Position numbers and translations under genes: made by a program
From: Blastocatellia bacterium
GTDB lineage: Bacteria; Acidobacteriota; Blastocatellia; UBA7656
Assembly: GCA_963765495.1 (NCBI GenBank)
Contig: CAVXWP010000009.1
Location: 1-64,000 of the forward strand
Direction: 5' to 3'
DNA length: 64,000 bases
The notes under the pieces: model-generated
What the model was told of the DNA's origin: nothing
Databases searched by the model: none
Seen by the model: the letters and a program-made list of their open reading frames with translations, nothing else
Shown here: piece after piece, positions 29,775 through 38,961 of the stretch
Position numbering within the stretch: position 1 is the stretch's first letter
Layout: each line of letters starts with the position of its first letter

Positions 29775-29988
29775 ACTCCGAGTTTTATCAGGGCAAGAAG
29801 TGTGTAAGATTCTCATGCAACAAGGCTTCTTCGAAGTAAGAAAAAGAGGCAGCCATATTGTAATGCAGAAAAAGACTCCTGATTCGACAATAACTGTTCC
29901 AGTTCCGAATCATAATGAGTTGAGTATAGGGACACTTCAATCAATAATCAGGCAATCGCAACTTCCACGTTCATTGTTTGAGGTGTAA
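29767..29988 (+). CDS. hicA: HicA-family toxin (TTG start)
   Basis: LSGQEV..IL...GF..VR.RGSH and VPVPNH.EL.IGTL.SII motifs. Confidence 0.9.
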   Translation: MAKLRVLSGQEVCKILMQQGFFEVRKRGSHIVMQKKTPDSTITVPVPNHNELSIGTLQSIIRQSQLPRSLFEV

Positions 29989-30082
29989 TGGTCAACTCAG
30001 GACTAGCAGGATATATGGGATTGACGCGCCACCTGTTTGCAACTCTCTGACATATAAGGAGATATATCCTACCCGGCAAGCA

Positions 30083-30167
30083 GCCTAACTGCTCATTCCA
30101 GCGGACGCGCATTCCAACGATTCATTATCCCTTTGCAACCAGCGCGCCGCTGAATTCGTCGTTAGGC
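30083..30167 (+). repeat. attC site (start of the IS110 stack)
   Basis: Host-type attC consensus. Confidence 0.92.
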
Positions 30168-30254
30168 ATCCATGAAGCAAGGCTTCTTCACATCGGATGA
30201 AAATAAGACACCCCGCTAATGAATTCAACAACTTAGCTCTTATTTTCATAGCAG
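30166..30254 (+). mobile_element. 89-bp ends-only IS110 mini-element with type A ends
   Basis: Left end GCATCCATGAAGCAAGGCTTCTTCAC and right end CTCTTATTTTCATAGCAG match IS110-A. Confidence 0.85.
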
Positions 30255-30565
30255 TTCATCATGAGCCTGCGGCTCACCTTCGAATGATGAAAATGTGTGA
30301 GAGCCATGATAGAATTTTGTATGTCGGTATGAAGGTCGAACGGTCCTTGGTGCTTCGAGCCTGTATAGCAGTTTGACCTGGGCATATTTCTGGTACCCCG
30401 AATTGTTGCCTTTGAGCACGTAGAGCAGACTCATGCTTATTAACCAATGCCCTACCGACAACCAGTTTGATGAAGCTGTGCAGAAGTAATATCGCACAGG
30501 CTCGGAGTTGTTTGTCTTCATCTACTCGTTATCAACATTTAGCACCCCTTTTATTTTCAGAGCAG
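30255..30565 (+). mobile_element. 311-bp non-autonomous IS110 element type B (bridge-RNA-like region, no recombinase)
   Basis: Four near-identical copies in the window; IS110-type ends; scaffold homologous to the non-coding ends of types A and C. Confidence 0.85.
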
Positions 30566-32055
30566 CCCGTCATGAAGCGAGGCTTCGCCACGAATGATGA
30601 AAATATGGGCGAGTTCGACTAAACTCTCTGTGGTCAGCGGCGTCAGATAAGGTCGTACAGCCTTGGTGCCTCAAGCCCGAATAGCAGCCTGACCTGAGAG
30701 CCTTTCTGGCACCACCAACTGTTGCTTCGAGCACGCATAGTAGACTCTTCATTAACAAGGCTCTCACGCCCTGGCCAGAAAGAGGTAGCTATGGAGATCA
30801 TCTATTCTTGTTGTTGCGGCCTCGATGTTCACGCCAAGACTGTTGTCGCTTGCCTCATTAAGCACGGCAAGAAAGAAGTCCGCACTTTCTCTACTATGAC
30901 CGATGACTTACTTCGTCTTTCGGATTGGCTCATAGCCGAAGGCTGCACGATTGCTGCAATAGAAAGCACGGGTGTTTACTGGAAGCCTGTCTTCAACATC
31001 CTTGAAGGCAACGTAGAAGTCTTGCTTGTCAATGCCCGCCACTACAAAGGTATTCCAGGCCGTAAGACCGATGTAAAAGATTGCGAATGGTTGGCCGATT
31101 TGCTGCGCCACGGTCTGTTAAAGCCCAGCTTCATTCCTCCGCTTGAGATAAGGGAGTTGAGAGAGTTGACACGCTATCGTCAGCAGTTGGTTAAAGAGAA
31201 TGCGACTATTGCCAATCGCATACAGAAGTTGATCGAGAGTGCCAACATCAAGCTCGGACAAGTCGCCACCGACGTCTTGGGAGTCAGTGGCAGGCAGATG
31301 TTGCGAGCACTGGCAGCAGGTGAGCGCGATGCCGAGAAGTTGAGTGAGTTTGCTCGCCGACGTATGCGAAGCAAGCGTCCCCAACTCAAACGTGCTCTTG
31401 AAGGCCGACTGACGAAATCTCAACGCTTTGTGCTGGGCGAGTTACTGACCCGATATGAAGAAGTAGAAGTTGCCGTCAAACGAGTCGAGCAACAGATTGA
31501 CGAGGAGGTGGGAGAGAGCGCCGACCCTTTTGTCTCTAAAGCCGTAGAACTGCTACAAACAATACCAGGGATAGGAGAGAGAGTGGCAGAAACAATAGTC
31601 TCAGAGATCGGAGTGGATATGGATCGCTTTCCGACAGACAGCCATATTTCGAGTTGGGCAGGGATGTGTCCGGGAAATAACGAATCGGCAGGCAAGCGGC
31701 GTAGCGGGAAGACGACGAAAGGGAATACCTATGTGCGGGAGGCGCTGGTACAAGCGGCGTGGGCAGCGAGTCATACAAAGCAGACATATCTGTCAGCGCA
31801 GTATAGAAGGCTAGCGAAGCGGCTGGGGAAGAAGAAGGCATTGGTGGCAGTCGGCCACACACTTTTGGTAATTGTTTATCATGTGATCGAACGACAGATG
31901 AGTTATAAAGAGTTGGGAGGAGATTACCTTGACAAACAGAATGTAGAGAGGCAAAGGAAGCGATTGATTGATCGGCTCGAAGCAACGGGATTGAAAGTCA
32001 CTGTTGAAGAGGTTCAACCTGCTGCGTGAGCCACATCCGGACATTTTCATAGTAG
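30566..32055 (+). mobile_element. IS110-family element type C
   Basis: Ends CCCGTCATGAAGCG...ATGAAAAT / ATTTTCATAGTAG; AG core at both junctions. Confidence 0.9.
30791..32029 (+). CDS. IS110 recombinase (paralog of the type A enzyme)
   Basis: CCGLDVH, AIESTGVYW, KTDVKD and TIPGI...SAGK motifs. Confidence 0.95.
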   Translation: MEIIYSCCCGLDVHAKTVVACLIKHGKKEVRTFSTMTDDLLRLSDWLIAEGCTIAAIESTGVYWKPVFNILEGNVEVLLVNARHYKGIPGRKTDVKDCEWLADLLRHGLLKPSFIPPLEIRELRELTRYRQQLVKENATIANRIQKLIESANIKLGQVATDVLGVSGRQMLRALAAGERDAEKLSEFARRRMRSKRPQLKRALEGRLTKSQRFVLGELLTRYEEVEVAVKRVEQQIDEEVGESADPFVSKAVELLQTIPGIGERVAETIVSEIGVDMDRFPTDSHISSWAGMCPGNNESAGKRRSGKTTKGNTYVREALVQAAWAASHTKQTYLSAQYRRLAKRLGKKKALVAVGHTLLVIVYHVIERQMSYKELGGDYLDKQNVERQRKRLIDRLEATGLKVTVEEVQPAA

Positions 32056-32167
32056 GCTTGCGCAGAGACCGCCAGAACTCTGGTTGGGTTTATCCATTGA
32101 AAAATCAATCGCGGTTGATTCGACGATTAACAATTTGTTATAAGTGAATAGTTGATCGGAGACTTTT

Positions 32168-32383
32168 ATGCATAATGAATTTACTGCTATTTTTGAACAG
32201 GACGGTGATTGGTTCATTGCCTATTGCCCAGAGATTCCAGGCGCTAATGGTCAAGGTCTCACTATAGATGAGTGTCGTAACAATCTCGCCGAAGCTATTG
32301 CTCTCATTCTCGAAGATCGACGCGAGGATGCTTTGCGTGGAGTGCCTGAAACAGCTATCTGTGAAACGGTAGTCGTGCAATGA
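32168..32383 (+). CDS. hicB: HicB-family antitoxin
   Basis: FTAIFEQDGDWFIAYCPEIPGANGQG motif. Confidence 0.9.
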   Translation: MHNEFTAIFEQDGDWFIAYCPEIPGANGQGLTIDECRNNLAEAIALILEDRREDALRGVPETAICETVVVQ

Positions 32384-32565
32384 AGCGAGGCTCTTTACTC
32401 AAGCACTTACGAAGAAATGGGTGCTACCTAAAGAGAGAAGGACGAGAGCATTCTCTGTGGTGTAACCCAAAGACAGGACAAATCGAAGCAGTGCCGCGTC
32501 ACATTGAGATTCCGAACCTACTTGTAAAGAAAATATGTCGTGGGTTATCGATTCCGGAAATCTAA
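32380..32565 (+). CDS. hicA: HicA-family toxin
   Basis: LLKHLRRNGCYLKREGREH...VPRHIEI motif. Confidence 0.9.
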   Translation: MKRGSLLKHLRRNGCYLKREGREHSLWCNPKTGQIEAVPRHIEIPNLLVKKICRGLSIPEI

Positions 32566-32648
32566 AAAGAAACAATCAAACCAATTTTGACAAAGCGGAA
32601 AGGGTTCTTGTCAAAATGGACATTTGGCCCTTTGAATGAGCCTTCTAA

Positions 32649-32792
32649 CAGCAATTCTCGGTTTAGAAATTCTGTCTTAACAAGAAGTGAACCACTAAAT
32701 ACACGAAGCACACGAAATAGAAGAATTATTCGTGTATTTAGTGCGTTTCGTGGTATATCCCGGTGCGATTTCCTCTAAACCGAGAATTGCTG
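32649..32792. mobile_element. 144-bp MITE
   Basis: 18-bp inverted repeats CAGCAATTCTCGGTTTAG; 9-bp TSD GCCTTCTAA; internal REP-like palindrome. Confidence 0.85.
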
Positions 32793-32826
32793 GCCTTCTA
32801 AGTAAGTCACCTGTAAAGTGCTGATT

Positions 32827-33326
<500 letters not shown>

Positions 33327-33399
33327 ATTAGGAAGTGATTTTTCTCCACATTGGATTCGTGACTTACTTTCATATACATTTCGGCGCAGCCGGTTGAGG

Positions 33400-33484
33400 G
33401 CCTAACTGGTCGATCAACCGGACGCGCATTCCAACGTTTCGTGTTCCATCATCTACTGGCGCGCCCCTGAATTCGTCGTTAGCT
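33400..33484 (+). repeat. attC site (chimeric arms)
   Basis: GCCTAACTGGTCGATCAACCGG...CTGAATTCGTCGTTAG. Confidence 0.85.
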
Positions 33485-33629
33485 GTCATGACGCGAGGCG
33501 TCACCCTCGCTTATGAAAATGTGGTCGAGATGGGTTATGCTCTTTGAAGTCGTCGGCGTTGATCAGGTCGGGGCGTCTTGGTGCCAGCCAGCCCGTGCGT
33601 TAGCTTGACCCGAGAACCTTCCAGGCACC
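33483..33629 (+). mobile_element. Left end of IS110 type D, truncated by IS3
   Basis: CTGTCATGA...ATGAAAAT plus a target-loop scaffold with GCGTTAG and GAACCT. Confidence 0.75.
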
Positions 33630-33683
33630 TGGAGTTGACCTGGTTTAGTGGACAGGTCAACAATTTCCAGAAAGGAGTCCACG

Positions 33684-33983
33684 ATGCCAAAAACACACAA
33701 ACCTTACTCACAAGAATTTCGTCAATCAATGGTCGAACTCGTCCGCGCTGGTCGCTCTCCTAACCAGCTTGCAAAGGAGTTTGAGCCCTCTGCTCAAGTC
33801 ATCCGTAATTGGGTAAAGCAAGCCGATCTCGATCAGGGGCTGCGTGATGATGGGCTGACCACTTCCGACCGTGAGGAGTTGACTCGCTTGCGCCGCGAAA
33901 TCCGTCACCTTAAAGAAGAGCGCGAAATCCTAAAAAAAGCCGCGGCCTTCTTTGCTCGCGAAACAAACTCAATACCTCAGTGA
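33684..33983 (+). CDS. IS3 OrfA
   Basis: YSQEFR, HTH and LKEEREILKKAAAFF motifs. Confidence 0.9.
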   Translation: MPKTHKPYSQEFRQSMVELVRAGRSPNQLAKEFEPSAQVIRNWVKQADLDQGLRDDGLTTSDREELTRLRREIRHLKEEREILKKAAAFFARETNSIPQ

Positions 33984-34846
33984 TATTTGAGTTTGTCAGA
34001 GCAAATCAGGCAGAACATTCTATCTCAGCGATCTGTCGAGTCCTTGATGTCTCAAGATCAGGCTACTATGCCTGGCTCGCACGAAGCCCATCAAGGCGAC
34101 ACCTTGAGGATGTGGCCCTGAGTCAACGCATCACAGAAATTCATCAGATTTCAAGAGGCACATATGGGTCACCCCGGATACTGGAGGAACTAAAGGCTTG
34201 CGGCAAAGGATTAGGGAGAAAGCGTGTGGCTCGCTTGATGCAAGTGTGTGGGCTGGTTGGAGTAAGCCGTAGACCGTTTACAACAACAACTCAAAGAGAG
34301 AGATCAAAACGACCAGCCCCTGATCTGGTGAAAAGAGCGTTCAAGGCCGATTGTGCCAACAAACTCTGGGTGGCGGATATAACCTATATCGCGACCTGGG
34401 AAGGATTCCTATATTTGGCTGTAGTGATGGATGTATGGAGTCGAAAGATCGTAGGATGGTCAATGAAAAGGCATCTTAGAACTGAGTTGGTCCTTGAGGC
34501 GCTCGATAGTGCAGTAGCACAAAGAATGCCTCTAAAAGGAGTGATACATCACTCGGATCAAGGGAGTCAGTACACATCTCTAGGGTTTGGGAAGAGATGT
34601 CGAGAATTTGGAGTACGCCCCTCAATGGGAAGTGTGGGAGAAGGCTCGGACAATGCGATGTGCGAGAGTTTTTTCGCGACACTCGAATGCGAGTTACTGA
34701 ATCGAGAGAGATTCAAAACCGTAGAGGAGGCCAAAATGAAAGTCTTCGAATATATCGAAGGATGGTACAATACAAGGAGGAGGCATTCAGGGATAGAGTA
34801 CAAATCACCGATGGAGTATGAAAGGCTTCATCAAATGATTGCCTGA
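33980..34846 (+). CDS. IS3 OrfB DDE transposase
   Basis: WVADITY, HSDQGSQY and DNAMCESFFATLE motifs. Confidence 0.93.
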   Translation: MIFEFVRANQAEHSISAICRVLDVSRSGYYAWLARSPSRRHLEDVALSQRITEIHQISRGTYGSPRILEELKACGKGLGRKRVARLMQVCGLVGVSRRPFTTTTQRERSKRPAPDLVKRAFKADCANKLWVADITYIATWEGFLYLAVVMDVWSRKIVGWSMKRHLRTELVLEALDSAVAQRMPLKGVIHHSDQGSQYTSLGFGKRCREFGVRPSMGSVGEGSDNAMCESFFATLECELLNRERFKTVEEAKMKVFEYIEGWYNTRRRHSGIEYKSPMEYERLHQMIA

Positions 34847-34887
34847 TAGCCAAGTCACAAACTGTCCACCAAACCGGGGCAGGCCCA

Positions 34888-35691
34888 GGCCCCGATGCAG
34901 GATGAAAACGGGCAGATGGTGGAGCGAACTAGAGGAACTCCGCAGGGGGAGTAGTCAGCCCGCTGCTTGCGAATCTGTTCCTACACTACGCGTTTGATGT
35001 CTGGGTAAGTCGCAACCTGCCGACTGTGCCGTTCTGCCGCTACGCCGATGATGGACTGCTGCACTGCAAGACTCGGAGGCAGGCGGAGTATGTCATAAAA
35101 GTCGTGGGGAGAAGGTTTCAAGAGTGTGGGTTAGAACTGCACCCTGAGAAATCGAAGATCGTATACTGCAAAGACATCAACCGCAGAGGCGACTATGACA
35201 ATATCTCGTTTGACTTTCTCGGCTATACATTTCGGCCACGCTCATCAAAGGACAAATATGGGCGACGGTACGTCAACTTCTCGCCAGCCGTGAGCAATTC
35301 GGCAAAGAAAGCGATGCGGCAGGAAATAAGAGGCTGGCACCTACAGCTGAAGAACGACAAGAGGCTGGAGGATCTGTCGAGGATGTTTGATCCGATATTG
35401 AGAGGGTGGGCGAGCTATTACGGCAAGTTCTACAAAAGCGGCATGAGGGGGATTTGGAATCACTTTGATATGTATCTCACACGATGGGTAATGCGCAAAT
35501 ACAAGAGGCTGGCCGGGCATCGGCGGAGGGCAAGCAAGGAGTTAGGCCGAATCGCGCGGGATAAGCCGAATCTGTTTGTACATTGGCGGCAAAGGGAAAT
35601 GCGAGCGGTTGGATGATGGAGCCGAATGAGGGGAGACCTTCACGTTCGGTTCTGAGAGGGGCCAGGGGAGAGACTCCCCTGGTCTACTCAC
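34888..35691 (+). mobile_element. Group II intron 3, 3' half (RT and X domains, no HNH), 5'-truncated
   Basis: GTPQG (frameshift in a G-run), SPLLANLFLHY, RYADD and FDFLGY motifs; ORF ends at 35616; domain V GAGCCGAATGAGGGGAGACCTTCACGTTCGGTTC; domain VI ends ...CTACTCAC. Confidence 0.88.
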
Positions 35692-36170
35692 CCCTACATT
35701 CGGTTGCTAGCCAACTGGATGTATCTGGTGGCGATTATCGATTGGCATTCGCGTTATGTCGTGAGTTGGGAACTCGATGACAGCCTGGAAGTGGATTTCG
35801 TCCTCTTGGCCGTCGAGCGGGCCTTGCGCCAAGCGAAGCCGGAAATCTTTAACTCCGATCAAGGGAGCCAGTTCACGAGCCAGGCGTACATCTCGCTGGT
35901 CGAAGGAGCCGGGGTGCGAATCAGTATGGACTCGAAAGGGCGAGCCTTTGACAACATCTTCACCGAGAGATTATGGCGAACCGTCAAATATGAAGACGTC
36001 TATATAAAAGGTTACACGTCGCCGCGCGAAACGCGGGTTGGAATAGGCAGCTATCTGGAGTTCTATAATGACAGGCGCGTGCATCAAGCCTTGGCTTATC
36101 GAACGCCAGCCGAAATCCACTTCGGGCTTTGAATTGAACAAGAACCATGTTTATAGCCGACTCAAATGAA
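35692..36170 (+). pseudogene. IS3 orfB 3' exon, right end deleted
   Basis: (T)YIRLLANWMYLVAIIDW...NSDQGSQF...DNIFTERLWRTVKYE; same element as 2304-2533. Confidence 0.85.
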
Positions 36171-36208
36171 TCGTTGGCACGCGGGTCCGCTGTATCCCCC
36201 TGTTAGGC

Positions 36209-36579
36209 GGCTCTCTCTTTCTTCTTCTTCTCTTTGGCTCAGTTTTATCTTCCACTTCTACCTCCGCCTTCCCCTACTCTCTCTTACTCGCCCCTGCCAA
36301 GCCCTCTTGTTTGTCTTCTTTATCTCTTCCAGGCAACTCTTCTCTGCTTCATTGCTGAACATCAATTTGCAGTGTGACGCTGCCCAGAGACTCAGCCTAG
36401 TTGAATGATCTGGTTTGGTGAAGCGAAAGGTTGATGAGCAAGAGTGTGGCTAATCAAGACGAATCGAGGCGAGATCAAGCATTGATAAGCGAGCAGATTC
36501 TTTGTCCCCGCAGTCTCTTTGCTGTCAGGTCTTTGAACGATTGTTTGCTGAGTCGTTTCCATTTCACCGATACCCTGAC
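36209..36579 (-). other. ORF-less cassette, family II
   Basis: Reverse complement of the family II 5' motif at 36525-36579. Confidence 0.78.
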
Positions 36580-36664
36580 GCCTAACGACGAATTCAGCGG
36601 CGCGCCGGTAGCTGATGGAACATGAAAACGTGGTATGCGCGTCCGCTGGAATGAGCAGTTAGGC
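36580..36664 (-). repeat. attC site
   Basis: Host-type attC, reverse complement. Confidence 0.92.
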
Positions 36665-36672
36665 TGCTTGCT

Positions 36673-37711
36673 GGCTTTGTTGCGTAAATATGGCAACAGG
36701 TGCGCGAGGGTTTGTATAATCTCTTTATGACCAAGAAAAACAAACCCACTTATCGCACCCGTAACTGGAAACAGTATAACTCCTCTCTTCGTAATCGTGG
36801 TAGTCTAACAGTCTGGCTCTCTCAAGATGTCCTTGATCAGTGGCTACACCGCTCTCCTCAAACACGCCCCGGCGCTCCATTGAGATATTCTGACACTGCT
36901 ATCATAACAATGCTCTCGATCAAGGCCGTCTTCCATCTGCCGCTTCGCCAGACTCAAGGATTCGTCTGCTCATTATTCAAGCTGATGGGAGTAGAGTTGC
37001 CCGTTGCAGATTACAGTAGAGTATCAAGGCGAGCCCCAGGGCTAGAGATAAGGTTGAGGCGCGATACAAGCAAGCCAATAGCGGACCTTGTAATAGACTC
37101 AACAGGAGTTAAGATTTACGGAGAAGGGGAGTGGAAAGTTCGCACACACGGGAAGGATAAACGACGAGAATGGAGGAAGTTACACATAGCAGTAGATACA
37201 GAGACGTGGGAGATAACAGCCGTAGAGTTGACCGACAAGGGAGTTGTTGACCCGCGAGTAATGCCTCGATTGATAGAGGAAACGGAAGGGGAAGTAGGTC
37301 GGATATATGGGGATGGAGCATATGATACAAACCAGTGTCACAAGGCGATCTATAAGAAGGGAGCGAAGCCATTGATCCCGCCGCGAAAGGGAGCAGTCGA
37401 GAGCAAGTATTATTATATGGGGGAAAGAAACCTGGCGATAAGAGAGAAGGCAGAGAAAGGAGAGAAGGAGTGGAAGAAAGAGAGTGGGTATCACAAGAGG
37501 AGCTTGGTAGAGACACAGATGGGCAGGCTGAAGGGGATATTAGGAGAGCGAATGAGCAGTAGGAAGATGGAGACACAAATAACGGAGGCAAGGATCAAGT
37601 GCATGGTGATGAATCGGATGAGCGAGTTAGGGATGCCCGACACAGTAGCATTCTAAAAGAGGTCGAAGTCTGGGTGAAGTCTATCTTCATCTCGAATTGC
37701 GCAACAAAGCC
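36673..37711 (+). mobile_element. IS5-family (IS903-like) element, copy 2
   Basis: Near-identical to 19762-20800; CTTGCT repeated at the flanks; 8 nt from an attC R'' box. Confidence 0.9.
36700..37656 (+). CDS. IS5/IS903 transposase
   Basis: Differs from copy 1 by one residue in the ORF track. Confidence 0.93.
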   Translation: MREGLYNLFMTKKNKPTYRTRNWKQYNSSLRNRGSLTVWLSQDVLDQWLHRSPQTRPGAPLRYSDTAIITMLSIKAVFHLPLRQTQGFVCSLFKLMGVELPVADYSRVSRRAPGLEIRLRRDTSKPIADLVIDSTGVKIYGEGEWKVRTHGKDKRREWRKLHIAVDTETWEITAVELTDKGVVDPRVMPRLIEETEGEVGRIYGDGAYDTNQCHKAIYKKGAKPLIPPRKGAVESKYYYMGERNLAIREKAEKGEKEWKKESGYHKRSLVETQMGRLKGILGERMSSRKMETQITEARIKCMVMNRMSELGMPDTVAF

Positions 37712-37736
37712 CTTGCTCCGGTGTATTGTCGAATTG

Positions 37737-38135
37737 CTAACGACTATTGGATCTTAGCAATATGGTCACATCTTTTCCGGTTGGAATTGATCTGTCATCC
37801 AGGTGCTCTATCTCCTCTAGAAAATCACAGATTTCATTGAATACCGCTATTGGAAGCAAACCTGTTTTCTTCAATTCCGTTTTATAGCTTTGAACACTGT
37901 GCATCAAGACTTCTAACAAGAATTTTGCCGGGAATTGAATCTGTAATGATCTCGAGGGATCAAGAAACTCATGATAAACAGTTTGCCAGTGTACGGTAGC
38001 TTCTTTAAAGAAAGCTTGCTCATTAATTCCAACCCCAAACTCATGGATTACTCTATTTCTATATATTCTGTAAAGTAAAGCATCGAAAGAAAAATCCTTC
38101 AGTAACACAGAGAAACTTTCTATGGCTTCTAAGAG
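37737..38135 (-). pseudogene. 5'-truncated cassette gene
   Basis: Contains LYRIYRNRVIHE (Rx4H, HEPN-like); abuts a collapsed attC. Confidence 0.55.
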
Positions 38136-38195
38136 CTCCTAACAAAATGAGCAGTTAGGCTGGTTCTTGTTGGCATACTTTCTTCGCAACAACAA

Positions 38196-38537
38196 TTAGC
38201 CTCCGGGCCGATTTATGCGAACGAGTTCTTTGGCAATATCTGCAATTAACCCGAGAGCCGAATCTATTCGCTTGGCCTGACCTTCAAAATCGGGATCAAA
38301 TGTGCAAACAATAATTCCTGCATGTTCTTGCTGTTCCTTGTGCAACCGTATGAAGTGTTTCCGATTTATGGTTAGAATTGCGCGCCTATCTTGAGAGGCC
38401 AACTCAAGGACGGCATCATCTGGAAAGGACTGGTTTGCTTTGCCTGCCTCGTAAATCGTCAGGACATCATGCCCAAGCTGGCGAAGTTCGATTACAACTG
38501 GGAGTGGGAAATTTTCATCAGCAAGCAAACGAGCCAT
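38196..38537 (-). CDS. DUF5615 PIN-like toxin
   Basis: RLLADENFP, GHDV, RAILTINRKHF and HAGII motifs. Confidence 0.9.
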   Translation of the reverse strand: MARLLADENFPLPVVIELRQLGHDVLTIYEAGKANQSFPDDAVLELASQDRRAILTINRKHFIRLHKEQQEHAGIIVCTFDPDFEGQAKRIDSALGLIADIAKELVRINRPGG

Positions 38538-38540
38538 TGT

Positions 38541-38870
38541 TCAAGCTGCCTCATTTTCATGAATTTGTTGCTCAATCTCATTCCTATGCGAGCGAACAAA
38601 TGCCCATGCATTAGCAATATCTACTGCTCGCAACGAAGGATAGATTCGTAGCAATTCGGCTTCGCTTGTACCGAGGCGTCGGGCTTGCTCAAGAACCCAG
38701 ACAGGAATCCTTGTTCGGACAATACAGGGTTCACCGCCGCAAACATCAGGATTGCTCTCGATGCCAGGAAAAGCATCGCCAAGGTCACGCACAACCCATT
38801 GAAGAAGTTGAGCTTTTTCAGCCCGTGAAAGGTCAGAAATAATTTTTTCCATTTCTTCCAGTGTATCCAT
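38541..38870 (-). CDS. DUF433 antitoxin-like protein
   Basis: PDVCGGEPCIVRTRIPVW motif; GAGG RBS. Confidence 0.9.
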   Translation of the reverse strand: MDTLEEMEKIISDLSRAEKAQLLQWVVRDLGDAFPGIESNPDVCGGEPCIVRTRIPVWVLEQARRLGTSEAELLRIYPSLRAVDIANAWAFVRSHRNEIEQQIHENEAA

Positions 38871-38961
38871 TGATGAATACCTCGCGTTGTCTCTAGTTTC
38901 AACAAAACAAATGATTCCATAAATGAGGCGATTAGAGCAACAGGTTACGCTTGCCATGAGC

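Larger units (their letters stand above)
33630..34887 (+). mobile_element. IS3-family element
   Basis: TG...CA imperfect inverted repeats; orfA/orfB with an A7G slippery site near 33932; no TSD. Confidence 0.92.
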
